From positions 83,824,001 through 83,888,000 of the forward strand of contig NC_043002.1 in NCBI RefSeq assembly GCF_006345805.1: a stretch of DNA of 64,000 nt, in the 5' to 3' direction. The stretch's first letter is position 1. Each line of letters begins with the position of its first letter. The notes under the pieces were generated by a model. It did not search any database and was not told the DNA's origin. It worked only from the letters and a program-made list of their open reading frames with translations. This DNA is from Octopus sinensis. Its lineage: Eukaryota. The translations under genes were made by a program, and so were the position numbers. Of the stretch, positions 26,917-39,682 are shown piece by piece.

Positions 26917-26944
26917 TATAAACGGATAAAAATAACGTTCAGTT
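26917..26944 (+). promoter_or_regulatory. Candidate core promoter of copy B: TATAAA plus TCAGTT initiator
   Basis: TATAAA at 26917-26922 and TCAGTT at 26939-26944, about 40 nt upstream of the ATG at 26981. Spacing is slightly shorter than canonical. Confidence 0.55.
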
Positions 26945-26980
26945 TCATTACTGAAAACATACGCGATACTGAAGGCAAAC

Positions 26981-27032
26981 ATGAAGCTCATAGTTGCTCT
27001 GTTACTGTTGTGGTCCTTTGCCTATTCAAATG
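26981..27032 (+). CDS. Gene family copy B, exon 1: signal peptide MKLIVALLLLWSFAYSN(A)
   Basis: ATG in caaacATG context, basic residue plus hydrophobic core plus small residues, strong donor G|gtaagt. Phase 1 matches exon 2. Confidence 0.85.
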
Positions 27033-27964
27033 GTAAGTACATGATGAGCAAAAAAAAAAACTATTAATATCCTTTGTAATAACTAACAATCCTTTGTAAT
27101 AACTTTAAAATACGTGGCAAATGCTGTTCAAAAATTAACATTATGATTATTTTTGTTGCTGTTGAATAACCCCTCGATCAATCCTGTTCCAGCAGCCTTA
27201 TGAAAACCCAGGTTGTCGTCCCACCGATAGGCACCCCATCGATCTTTTGTTCCAATCATATCATAACTCGTACTGTGATGAATCATATAGTATTGTTTTA
27301 TAAAGTCTTCCTGTAAGGCGTTTCGTTTATACCTATAATTGCTTACTTTGTTTTTGTTTTTTTTTATTATTAAAAAAAAATCCAATTCTGTCCACGTTGT
27401 AATCAAGTGAAAACATAAAAATGTATTTCCATCAAAAGCCAAAGGAATTTCTTGTTTCGTCCATTCTTTTCCTATTGCACATGGGATTTTTTCGCGTTTG
27501 CTCCTTATGTGACACATGTAAAATATTACCTAGTGGCCGAAAGGAACAGGGAAGTCAATGATCAGCTGCATAACACCAGCAAGACATCCAGTACTGGACA
27601 GGCTTAAATAAACTATTGCACTCTACAGTTTTTTACTTAGCAACAGCATTTGTGTATGTGCGTATACGTACGTACGTGAGTGAGTGCGTGCGTGTATGCG
27701 TGTGAATGCATGTGTGTTGTGTGGTGTGTGGGTGACGGTAAAGTCCCACATATGTAATATAGTGAAATTAACTTTAAACTGGTTTGTCTTCAAATGCTGA
27801 GATGTAACTTCAAAGTTCACTGCCTCTTCAAAGTCGTAATCACGATAACATTATCAGCAAAGCCCCTTTGTTGAAACTAGGTCTTTCGATTCAGTGAAGT
27901 AACTTAACTTCTTATTTTCTTCCTAACACTTCTTTAACTAAAGTAGATCTAGTATTGTAAAGTA

Positions 27965-28486
27965 CCGTAAATCCTCGAGTATAATCCGCACTTTTTTCAC
28001 AAAATTTAATGGTCAAAATCCCTAGAGCGTACTATATACGAGGTTAAAAATGAAAATTATTTTCTAAGCAATGTCCTAGTCTCTATTTGCTGTCCGGCAA
28101 TGTTTATTCAGATGCATTTTGTGATGTCGGACGCGAAAATACCTTAAGCTAAGCCTGAAAGCAATGAAGTCATAAAAAAATTATCCATAACTTGCAGTAA
28201 GCAACATTTATTACAATAAAAGTATTCAGAACACAGAATAACATGTAGCAAAAACAATTTGCAAACATATTTACATTCCCATATAACAGTCAAGAACATC
28301 ACCATTATTGTATTACGCATGCGCGGAAGTGTTTGTTCGACTAGGTGCTGCTGGCTTTATTACGCACGGCTCAAGTTAGAGAAGGGGTAGGTATCATACA
28401 CAAGGTTTAGATTTTTCAGCAGTAAAGCCCCCTAAAAATCCCCTGCGTGTTATACTCAAAGGCGGACTATACTCGAAGATTTACGG
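27965..28486. mobile_element. pogo/Tigger-like MITE in intron 1
   Basis: TA|ccgtaaatcctcgagtata ... tatactcgaagatttacgg|TA. Confidence 0.9.
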
Positions 28487-28944
28487 TATGTCTTTATTTT
28501 TGACTGCTTTATTTTATTTATATGTTGCTTAGTCAAAGACACGAAGTGTTAAGACAGAAGAAATGGTAGATGAAGATGTACATAGAGACAGCAGCAAATA
28601 TTGTGAGGATGACGAAGACAACGAACCATAGCTCAGAAAACGTACATTCTTGTTACATAAATATCCATCGATAATGACATTTCGTGTAATAACCCTCTCA
28701 ATTTCCTCCTTTGCCCTTGTTTTCCTCGCAAGTATCAACTTGTAGCTGTTTTAGTTGTCCATTAACTAAATCGATCTCAACAGTTCCTTTGAATGAGAAG
28801 CTGCAAAGGCTATTGGAGAAGTCTTTTGGTGTGGACACCAAACCTTTCAAAAAAGAAAGAAATTCCTCCCGAGGTCGAATTCATCACTCATTGCTCTAGG
28901 CTTGACTCAATAGCTATCAAAAAATATTCGGTTCAGAAAATATT

Positions 28945-29465
28945 CGCCGGGTGAAATGCGTAGCCGTATTTCGTCTGCCGTTACCTTCTGAGTTCAAATT
29001 CCGCCGAGGTCGACTTTGCCTTTCATCCTGTCGGGGTCGATAAATTGAGTACCAGTTACACACTAGGGTCGATATAATCGACTTAATCCGTTTGTCTGTC
29101 CTTGTTTGTCTCCTCTGAGTTTAGCCCCTTGTGGGTAGTAAAGAAATAGGTATTTCGTTTGCTTCTACGTTCTGAGTTCAAATTCCGCCGAGGTCGACTT
29201 TGACTTTCATCCTTTCGGGGTCGATTAAATAAGTACCAGTTACGCACTGGGGTCGATATAATCGACTTAATCTGTTTGTCTGTCCTTGTTTGTCCTCTCT
29301 GTGTTTAGCCCCTTGTGGGTAGTAAAGAAATAGGTATTTCGTCTGCCGTTACGTTCTGAGTTCAAATTCCGCCGAGGTCGACTTTGCTTTTTATCCTTTC
29401 GGGTCAATTAAATAAGTATCAGTTGCGTACTGGGGTCGATTTAATCGACTGGCCCCCTCCCTCAA
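28945..29465 (+). repeat. Head-to-tail tandem array of SINE-A units, period 184 bp
   Basis: gtatttcgt recurs at 28966, 29150 and 29334. Confidence 0.92.
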
Positions 29466-30025
29466 AATTTCGGGCTTTGTGCCTAGAGTAGTAAACAATA
29501 TTCGGTCCGGAATGTGACAAGCTGACAGAACTATCACTGCGTAGCAACATTTCGTCAGAGCCCAAATGTTGCCGAGGTCGACTTTGCGTTTCATCCATCG
29601 GAGTCGATAAAATATATACCAGTTGAGCACTTGGGTCCATGTAATCGACAAACCACACCTCACAAAAATTCAGGCCTTGCGTTTTTAGTAGAAAGGATTA
29701 TTTTAACAATATAGGACAGTGAGCCAGCAAAATCGTTAACATGCCGGACTAAATGCTTAACGTAATTTCTTTCGGCTTTATGTTCTAGGTTCAAGTTCCA
29801 CCGATGTTGACTTTGCCCTTCATCCTTTCAGGTTCGATAAAATAAGTACAAATTGAGCACTTAATTCGATGTAATCGAATATCTCCTCCTATCACAATTA
29901 CTGGCCTTGTGCCAAAAATTAAAAGTATTATTTTAACATGGTTCAGCCAAACGAATATATCCATTTACATAGTTTTAATAAACATACGTTATTAAATAAA
30001 ACATTCTCTTGCTCCTTTCATACAG

Positions 30026-30204
30026 CTTCGTCTGCAGGTCTCAGCACAACTGGTGCTGTGGTTGCCCTGGCTCGTAGAATGATACAATCGTCAAAAACAG
30101 AAGATGTAGAGGACATGGCCATACTTCCTTACCACTGTGACTTGGCAGCTAGTTATGGACAGCTTAATAATGAAACCATAAAAAATATGGACAGAAATTT
30201 ACTG
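30026..30204 (+). CDS. Gene family copy B, exon 2 (ASSAGLSTTG...LPYHCDL...KNMDRNLL)
   Basis: catacag| acceptor and CTG|gtaagc donor, 179 nt. Phase 1 in and phase 0 out join exons 1 and 3 in frame. Confidence 0.88.
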
Positions 30205-30269
30205 GTAAGCGTCTTTTATCTCATTATGATATTGATTTGTCCTTTTTAATGTTGTTGATAATATATAAA

Positions 30270-30990
30270 GCGGCGAGCTGGCAGAATCGTTACTGCGCTG
30301 GGCAAAAATGCTTAGCGGCATTTCATCCGTCTCTGAACGTTCTTAGTTCAAATTCCGCCGAGGTCGACTCTGCCTTTCATTCTTTTGGGGGTCGATGAAA
30401 AAAGTTCTAGTTGAGGAGTGGGGTCGATGTAAACGATTTACCCCCTCCCCCGAAATTGCTGGCCATATGCCAAAATTTGAAAACGATATTGTGATTAATA
30501 AATGTAAATGGAACGATGAAGGCAGCGAGCTGGCAGAATCGTTTGCGTGCTGAACAGAATGCTTAACGGAATTTTTTTCTGGCACTTTACCTTCAGAGTA
30601 CAAAACCCGCTGAACTCAACTTCATCATTCAACCCTTCAGAGGTCGATAAAATAAAGTACTAGTTAAGTACTGGATGTAATAGGCTTGTCCCCTCCCTTC
30701 AAAATTGCCCACTTTGAACCCTGCAATGAATCAGTGTCCCATTAAAGAGGGAATGTTGTGATCTCGGTTACTTATATGCCCTGGAAACCGGGTAGCCGGC
30801 CCTATGACTCCTAGCATTCAAGAAAAATTAAAATTATTAAAAATATTGAGCGATGAATTCGCAGAATCGTTAAAGAGTTGGACAAAATACTCATAACACT
30901 TTAGGTTCGAAGCTCAAACCCCGCAAAGGTCAACTTTGTCTTTCATCCTTTTGGCTTCGATGAAATAAAATACGTGTCAAGGATTAGGGG
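30270..30990 (+). mobile_element. Three further degenerate SINE-A copies just downstream of exon 2
   Basis: gcgagctggcagaatcgtt heads at about 30273 and 30525, gcagaatcgtt at about 30861. Confidence 0.8.
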
Positions 30991-31799
30991 CGATTTATAT
31001 GACTATACCTTTCTTCTCTAAAAGTATAGTGTTATCCATCGTGAAAATTCAAAAATGTCTGAAGCATATAGAAAGCGCCCTTAATACTAGAACTGCAAAA
31101 CTGGGTGAGTTTAATATGGCAAATATTCAATTTGAAATATTGAAAGTAAGTATTTAGAGAAGAGAACTGAATCGGTTGATTACGAAGGGACTGAGTAACA
31201 GAGAGATGTTGGTCAGAGATGGTGGAGTAGAGGAAAGAATAAAAGCAAGCCCATTAAAAGGACCTAGAGGTAGGCGGTCATGAGTCTTCCATTCAGAGGA
31301 ACAAATTTCATTGTTGTATAGTTACTGGGGCATAAAGGAGTAAACATTGCAGTATAGTGAGCCAGTGGTTGAACTATCGTTCATTAAAGTTTTGTCTCTA
31401 AGTGATGTAGACGAGGTAGGGAGAAAGTGAGCTGTTGTAGTCAAACGCAAAAACCCTGTGGTCTGAATTGTACTCTGATGTAAGCGCAAAGAATTCGTTG
31501 TTGCACGGATCTTAACTATCTCGTGTCTCTAAAGAAGGATCAATGATTTCGTGATATAATCTTGATTGCGTACGTGAGAATCGATAGAGTGCCGAACAAG
31601 CTAGCAATTTGATAGTTTGTATCCAGTCACCACCACTTCGTTGTGTGGCCAACTTAATTAACTTTCATTTGGCCAAGTTTACATGCCTGTAAAGTTAGAA
31701 TATCTCCTCTAGGTAATCAGCTGTATCAGTGTAAATTTTAAATTGTTTTATAGGTTACGAGTGTTATATTTTAAGGTTCTTTCCTTGGTGAAACGGGAT

Positions 31800-32060
31800 G
31801 TCCAAGCTCCGCTGCTCATCATGCTGAGAAAAACAAACTCTCAAGTTATCGGTCGCTCTCCGACAGGTTTATAGTCGAGCCTGTGGCTGTTGAGACCTCC
31901 GGTGTTCTTGGTTCTCGGATCATATCCCTGTTCACTCACCGCTACCGGGGCGGAATTTGCTGTCCACTATTGCGAGCCCCGTGAGTCAGAGTGGTTGTTC
32001 CAGCGCATCTTCCTTGACATCCTGGGCAACGCCTTTTCCATTTTGTCGGTTTGTGCCATG
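31800..32060 (+). mobile_element. CRE-like non-LTR retrotransposon C-terminal (restriction-like endonuclease) fragment
   Basis: Conceptual AAAHHAEKNKLSSY...PVAVETSGVLG...EPRESEWLFQRI...GNAFSIL. Confidence 0.7.
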
Positions 32061-32179
32061 AGAAATGTTTCTTTATTGTGAGAAGCGAGATCCAAAATGG
32101 CGTTCCACTTTATGTATGGTGCCATCATCAATGGCGGAATGTGGCCGTCCAGGAATAGGAGTAGCTTCCACGGATGTCC

Positions 32180-32790
32180 GACCACATTTGAACTGGCGAT
32201 GCCTGAGCTTGACTACGTTGTATAACGGTGCATCGTCATCATAAACTTCTTTCACTTCGTCGATAGTCTCTTTTGGTGCACGACCTTTCAGGTATAAGAA
32301 CCTGATCACGGACTTGCATTCAACTGCCTCCATTATAACACCTTAGTCCATCTTAGCAGCAGCCGTAAAAGACATACGAATACTAGTGGAGAGCTGCGAT
32401 TTACAATGTGACATGTAGACATGTATGATTATAACTAAACATAGACACACGTAGAGGTATACGCATGCGCAAATGAAGACACATACAATAGGAATACAAA
32501 ATACAAAATGGCTGACCGTTAGTAAGGAGAGACACACAGATAAGAAAGAAGAAAGCAAAGGACCACTGATGCAGTCACAGGAGTGTGACGAAAGAACTCT
32601 GGCCGAAATAAAATTAAGATTAATGTAAAAAATTAATAATGCTGAAGCAAAGTAATACCAAATATATAGTGCGTGTGTTTTTATTGGCTAAACTGGTAAA
32701 ATGACCATTCCTAAACACAATAATATTCAAGTTCCGTTTCCTGCAATAATCGGAAGTGGGTCAGGGAAAATCTTTAATGAACACCCCTCG
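32180..32790 (-). mobile_element. mariner 5' fragment (TIR plus HTH), interrupted
   Basis: ORF 32073-32333 (SVIRFLYLKG...FKCGRTSVE...GRP). tacgaggggtgttc-type terminus near 32790 on the minus strand. Confidence 0.75.
32560..32604 (+). ncRNA. Slightly degenerate minimal hammerhead motif
   Basis: GG(A)CCA-CUGAUGCA-GUCAC-AGGAGU-GUGAC-GAAA-GAAC-UC-UGGCC: 5-bp helix II, but A9 is replaced and helix III is one base off a palindrome. Confidence 0.45.
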
Positions 32791-34330
32791 TATATATGTG
32801 TGTGTGTATACAAACATCCATAAATGTATGTATATATCAATATATATGTGTGTGTGAGAGAGAGAATATCTGTATATGTTATGTGTGTGTCCTCCCACCG
32901 CTTGACAACCGGTATTGGATTGTTTACCTCTCCGTAACTTAGTCATTCAGCAAATGAATCCCGATAGAATAAGTTGCCAGATTTAAGAAAAGTCCTGGGG
33001 TCTATTTGTTCGACTAAATCCTTCAAAGCGGTGTCCCAGCATGACCGTCGTCTAGTGACTGAAACAAGTACAAGTTTTAACTTAATCCCAAAATCTGCTG
33101 AATTATACCAATACAAAATTTAAAAAAAGGAAAGGGATAAATGATTTAGTTAAATATATTTTTCTTCTTAAAACGTGAAGGGTTTCTATCAGTCTTCTGT
33201 CGCCACTGATCATCCAAGTTCACGAGATGTGAACAAGTGGCTCTTTAAATGACCACGTATACTCGTTTGAGATATCAAAAAAAAAAACTGAAGAGGTGGC
33301 GGTTGTTAGATATTTAAACACCACGTCTGTTATTGGGGTTGAGGAGTGGGGAGAAAACAATGAAAGCAAAGGGCAGTTGAATGCATGAGAAACTTAACAA
33401 TAGTCACACAAGTCCAAAGTTTGAAAACATGATTTCCTCACACACTAAAAAGACAATGAACCAAGATATAAGAGAATTAATTATTTTATACATCAAACTG
33501 ACACTAATTAGGCCAATGATGGAAGATTCTTTTCCTTTATTTGTTTGTCATTGAACAGCGGCCATGCTGGAACACCATATGCAATGGTTTAGTCCAGCCA
33601 TGGGCAAACAGTGGCTCGTGGGACTTTCTCAGTAGCACGCCCAACGAAAATTACCTCGAAAATTTTTTGTTGTGCGGCTCGCCTGATGATGAGCCATGTC
33701 TCATGCAGCTCGCCAGTCGAGAAAGAATGCCCATGCCCGGTTTGTTCATCAAAATTTACTCCACCTCCCAGTACTGTGCTTATTCTACCAATCTCTTTTT
33801 TCTTATCGTTAAGAAGACACTTGCTCGAGGTGCCATGCAGTAGGTTTCGAAGCGAACTTCTTAATTGTACAGCCACACCGCCAACACCTCCAGGATTTAT
33901 AAAATTTGATTTTCAAGAGTTGTAGGGTGATTGCGTCAGTGACTAGACGACATAGACGCGACGAAACTTTTATACACACTTCGTAGTTGACAGCACTACA
34001 AGGATAATAAATGAAAACAGTGTAACAACATTTGTGTGATCTGAAATGGTTAAAATGATTCTTTCACGATGTAATTATTTCTACAATTATTCAGCTACAA
34101 TGGAATAAGGACGGTGGAGTGCCAGAATCGTTAGAAAAAAATCATTTCGCAGTATTTCTTTCGACTTTTTACGTTCCAAGTTCAAATCCCGCTGAGGTTC
34201 AACTTTACCCTTCATTCTTCCTGAGTTGATAAAATAAAGTACCAGTTCTGTACTTGGGTCGATAGTGTCGACTGACTACTGCTCTCAGAATTGTTCGCCC
34301 TTGTATATAGATTATATAACGGATGTTTAC

Positions 34331-34427
34331 CACATTATTTACATTATTGACATTTGACGGATATTTGTCCACGGGCATATGGCGTGGACTAACCCCAAGA
34401 TTCCGAGTTCGATTCCAGGCAGTGACC

Positions 34428-34472
<45 letters not shown>

Positions 34473-35017
34473 GCCCTGATGCAGTACCAGGCAGTGGCTT
34501 CTGATCTTAACTGATTGGAAGTGTTATCATGTACATTGTTTTGTCTTGGTATAAAAAATGGGCTACCGCAAATATTCTGCTCCATACCACAGATTTGCTT
34601 GTCAGTTGTTTGACCTTAACCAGTTGAGCATGTCCCTTAGTGGCTGACAATATGTGCATCTCTGATCACGAGCAGAAGTAGTGGGGGAGCATCATAGCCA
34701 TGTGTTGAGAGGAATTCTTTGGGGTTTGAATAATTCACCTCTGGAAACATGGGTGTTTCGTTCAACATCCTTAAACAACCCTTATTCAGGGACCTTTTGA
34801 GTGGGATGGGCTACTCGACCTGAAGAAAATTCTAACTGGGCCCCACCTGCAAGGTCATGCGCTGTCTATCTTGATATAAGATCACCATGTCGCGCACATA
34901 TGGTTGTGATGCATGTGCCTGGTGTACCCTTATCAGACGGGTAGTCATGATGGGTATACTGGGCTTCGTATATTTTACCCCAGTGTCACTTTGATGGCAT
35001 GCACTGCTCCCTCACTC

Positions 35018-35067
<50 letters not shown>

Positions 35068-35255
35068 CAACAACATCGAAAAATACCTTAGAAATGAGAA
35101 CTTAGGTTCGAAATTTTCCCAAGACACCTGATGAAGGCTGGTGGGTATATCAGACGAAACGTTGTGTTAACAACAAACAAGATGAGGACAAATATCCGTC
35201 GAATGTAAATAATGTAAATAAGGTACATAATTCCTCATCTCTTAAATATAGAACT
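34331..35255 (+). mobile_element. Composite element: inverted Penelope-type end, tRNA-like head, (AAT)n, unique body, (AAT)n, Penelope-type terminus with hammerhead
   Basis: TSD-like ggatgtttac (34321-34330) and ggatatttac (35256-35265). B box gagttcgattcc near 34405. The body recurs at 53085-53400. Confidence 0.8.
35123..35168 (+). ncRNA. Minimal type I hammerhead ribozyme motif (Penelope-type)
   Basis: GACAC-CUGAUGA-A-GGCUG-(10 nt)-CAGAC-GAAA-CG-UU-GUGUU, with one mismatch in helix II. Confidence 0.7.
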
Positions 35256-36177
35256 GGATATTTACTAAACTGCAAATGTGTTTTACGAAGTAATTTCAGG
35301 AAAATGTTTGCTGTATTACTAAGATGTCATAGAAAACCCGAGATAGCGAAACTTTGGGGCTTATATACAAACGTTGGTACATGAACATTATCATCATGTT
35401 CGTGTTGTTATTGTTGTTTTGCCCCGAGTTGTTCCTGACTAGACACATCCATGATCGAAGAAATCCAAAATATGACCAGCTCGTCTATTTTTTCCCTTTT
35501 ATTTATTTATTTATTTATTTATTTATTTTTCAGGAATAGTGTAACCTAGGAAACGTTATCTATGTCCTTACTTAAAAGAAGTCAGTTGCAGTTTGAAAGA
35601 AATTTAGTTGCTCTCTCTTGCAATTCAAGCCGGCACGTCATGTAGACGTTTCCTCATTGGCTAGTTTTGATAGATGTACAATAAATCATCTTCCTCTTCC
35701 GAGAGAATTAAGGGAGATTATTACATCTCCATTGTTTTTGGTTTTTGTTTTTTTTTTTTTGTTTTTTTAACTACGGATACTATTCATTAGTTACATCTGA
35801 CAGAATTATCGTTTTCCGTGACGGAGTGGGATTTGAGCTCAAAATGCACAGAGCCAGAGTAGTTACCGCTAGGCATCCTAACCGACTTTCTCACAACTCC
35901 GTTAATCCACTACCCCCGGAGTGGTACCTTCTTTTTTTCTTTTTCATTGTTCTAATTGTGCTCCGAAAGGATGAAAGATAATGTTGACCTCAGCGGGATT
36001 TGAACTCACAGTAGTAAGAGTCGGAGCAAATAACGTGTTTCTATACAACACCTCTCCCGACTCTGGTTATGGCGGAAAAGTAACAGACTTGCTAACCTTT
36101 ATCTTCTTTTATAATTATTATTATTATTATTATTATTATTGTTGTTGTTGTTGTTGTTATTGTTGTTGTTGTTGTTG

Positions 36178-36216
<39 letters not shown>

Positions 36217-36464
36217 TTGTTGTTCCTCTCAGTTTAACTGAGTTTTTGCAGACAGTCAAAAAATTAACCTCTATGTGGACATTTGATCTGTTAGAAATAA
36301 CAACCAAATTTCTCTTACGATCTTAAAAAAGAGGGCGCATTTAACAACTGACGTCTTGATATTTAAAAAGAAAGTAGTGATCATAACCGGAATTATTATT
36401 ATCAGAAGATCAATGTATTAGATCAGGTTTGGTCAGGAAATTAACATAAAAATAAACAAATATA

Positions 36465-36872
36465 GGCGCAGGAGTGGCTGTGTGGTAAGTAGCTTGCTAA
36501 CCAACCACATGGTTCCGGGTTCAGTCCCACTGCGTGGCATCTTGGGCAAGTGTCTTCTGCTATAGCCCCGGGCCGACCAATGCCTTCTGAGTGGATTTGG
36601 TCGACGGAAACTGAAAGAAGCCTGTCGTATATATGTATATATATGTATATGTGTGTATGTGTTTGTGTGTCTGTGTTTGTCCCCCTAGCATTGCTTGACA
36701 ACCGATGCTGGTGTGTTTACGTCCCCGTAACTTAGCGGTTCGGCAAAAGAGACCGATAGAATAAGTACTGGGCTTACAAAAGAATAAGTCCCGGGGTCGA
36801 TTTGCTCGACTAAAGGCGGTGCTCCAGCACGGCCGCAGTCAAATGACTGAAACAAGTAAAAGAGTTAAAGAG
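36465..36872 (+). mobile_element. Full-length SINE family B
   Basis: ggcgcaggagtggctgtgtggt (A box), gggttcagtccc (B box), central TA/TG microsatellite, aagag-type tail. Further copies at 36920-37560, 48880-49310 and 54110-54370. Confidence 0.92.
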
Positions 36873-37011
36873 TAAATAGACAAGAACAAAGAACCAACTT
36901 TTATTGATTTAGCTCTACTGCGTGGCACCCTTGAGCAAGTGGCTTTTACGAATTAATTATAGTCTTGAGTCGACGGAAGCTTTGTGAGTGAATTTGGTTG
37001 ACGGAAACCAG

Positions 37012-37052
<41 letters not shown>

Positions 37053-37279
37053 CGCGTTGTGCGTGTGTGTGTGTGTGTGCATGTGTGTGCGCGTAGGTAT
37101 ATCTATGTATATACGTGTGTATCTGTGTGTATGTATACAGCTATATATATGTATATATATATGTATATATATATATATATGTATGAATATATATGTATAT
37201 ATATATATGTATATGCATATCTATGTATATACGTATGTATGTATATATATATCTATATATATATATGCATGTATACATG

Positions 37280-37352
<73 letters not shown>

Positions 37353-37658
37353 CCTGTTTGTATGTGTATGTCTATGTGTTTGTTCCCAACCACCGCTTGA
37401 CAACTGGTGTTGGTTTGTTTACGTACCTGTAACTTAGCGGTTCAGCAAAACAAACCAACAGATAAGAACAAAGCTTTAAAAAAAAAGTCCTGGAGTCGAT
37501 TTGACTAACCCTTCAAGGCGGTGCCCCGGGATAGTCGCAGTCTTAAAACTAGAACCAATAAATGATGAAAGATAAAACATAAAAAGATGATATTGAGATT
37601 TATTGATACATAACCATTGGTAACCTCTGTTTTTGTCTTAACTGTCTCTATTCTACAG

Positions 37659-37859
37659 ATCGCCATAGCTGGACTCAACAAACGCATAGTAGCTGTGAGA
37701 AGAAACTTGGGCAACACTATAATTACTTTCAGAGATTACGTCTCTCTCTTGAATCAAAATGTCCTTCTGGTTCCTGACAATTCCACTGAAATTTTCAGAG
37801 AGAAATTCTTAGGCTATGAAGACTACCGTCTAGCTACCACTGACAAGCAGGAAGAAGTT
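37659..37859 (+). CDS. Gene family copy B, exon 3 (IAIAGLNKRI...DKQEEV)
   Basis: ctacag| acceptor and |gtaagt donor, 201 nt. Homologous to 2779-2979. Confidence 0.94.
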
Positions 37860-38169
37860 GTAAGTCTTCTCATAACTTAAAAGCGATCTGCCTATATTTT
37901 TTGCTTCATACTTATGCATACACATATAGAGACACACACACACATATATATATATATATACACACACGCAGGCATGCACGCAAAAAGATACGCACGCACA
38001 CACGTACAGCCATATGCATGCGCGCGCACAGACACACGCACGCACAAACACACACACACGCATACACATACAGGAATATGCACGCACTCACTCACACTCT
38101 CTCACTATGTATGTATGTCTCTTCAAACAGGATTGGCATAAATGTCTCTTCACATCTGACATCGATATG

Positions 38170-38790
38170 AAACTTGAACAATTCAAATTTGTAATGCAAG
38201 CTATATACTACATATCAGCTCCGGGGAGAAAGGCCACTGTGCACAAGAACAGAATTCCCTGGGGAAGGAAAGTTCTAATGAGACAATGTACAAAGATTGC
38301 AAAAGCACCTAATCAAACGATTCAAAAGCAATTAAAGATCCCGCCTGAAAATAACTACAGGAGATTGAGAAAAATCTGCAACCCTCCCCCCAAAAAGAAA
38401 GAGCAGACAAAGAAACATGGATTATGGGCGATAAAATCAAATCCTAAAGCCTTCTTCAAATTTGTCACAGAAACTGCTTCGGTGTAATGCAGGGTAGGAC
38501 CACTCTTCCAAAAGACAACTCCCTCACAGGAAACCTTACGAGTAATGAAATATTCAAAATCATTTTGACATCCTCCACTTCTAGAGTTCATGCAAGTGAG
38601 CAAACCAGCTGAGTTCTTTGTCACTATACCCACAAAAGGGAGGCACTGGAGTTTGCTTACATAGACAAAAAAGATGTCATACTGGCATTAGATGAGAAAA
38701 GCCTGAATTCAGTTACTGGCCCTGATGGATTCCCAACAAGCCTTCTAAAATCATGCAAATGAGCTGTAGCAAAGCCACCGCTGTCTCTCT
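38170..38790 (+). mobile_element. CR1/L2-like LINE fragment
   Basis: AIKSNPKAFFKF...CRVGPL and ...NSVTGPDGFPTSLLKSC motifs. Confidence 0.75.
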
Positions 38791-39651
38791 TCTAGGGAGA
38801 AGATAAAAATAAAAGAAAGTTGGAATTAAAAGGAAGCGCCAATCCAGCTCCGTGTTGTGTATACGTCTGTCTGTTAGTCGAGCTTATGAAATTGTCGGAA
38901 GTCAGCTAGTGTGTAGAAGCTTGGCGGCCTGTGTACAAGGTTTAGAGAAGGATGCAAAGGAAGATGGTAGCTGAAGTTATTCTAATTAGTGAAGGGAAAA
39001 TAAAGAGGTGGCAGAAGAAGTAATCATGTGACTAATTAACAGTTAATAATCACGCAGATAGATAAATATATTGAATAAGGTCTTGAGAACATAAACGTGT
39101 ATATTTATAAGGTATGAATAGAAAGAATGCAATGGGTAAAGTTTAAGAATTAGAGGTCCCCACCAAAGCAGGTGCGCAAAATGTAGTACGTACGTAGATC
39201 TAACTCAGGTAGAATATTTCGATCTATGACGCAAAAAATAAAGAATCGATAGCAGCAAAAAGCTATAGCCTCCCTTTTTGGCGGTTCAGAAGACAGTGTG
39301 AACTTCATCTGAAGATCTCGATGGATCGATCCTTTGCTACAGTTAATGCATGAAGTTCTACCATTCTGATTGGACCTTTTCGTTTTGCTAATGGACCAGG
39401 TAACATTGTAATGGGTGTTATACTATTCCTAAGATGGTGCAGGTAATTAGTTTGTGACTATTAGTTGTTTTGAGCTTTTACTTCAAGCTAAGCTGATACC
39501 ATTTAGTACCCTCTGTCACTTACTTGACGCTTCAAATTTGCCTTTAGGTTGTTAAAATGTAAATAAACCACCATATATATATATTATATATATATATATA
39601 TATATACATACACACACACGCACACACACACACACACACACACAACACACA

Positions 39652-39682
<31 letters not shown>

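Noticed and set aside
28945-29465. CRISPR-like array
   Set aside because: Units are whole 184-bp SINE bodies without unique spacers, in a eukaryotic context with no cas genes.
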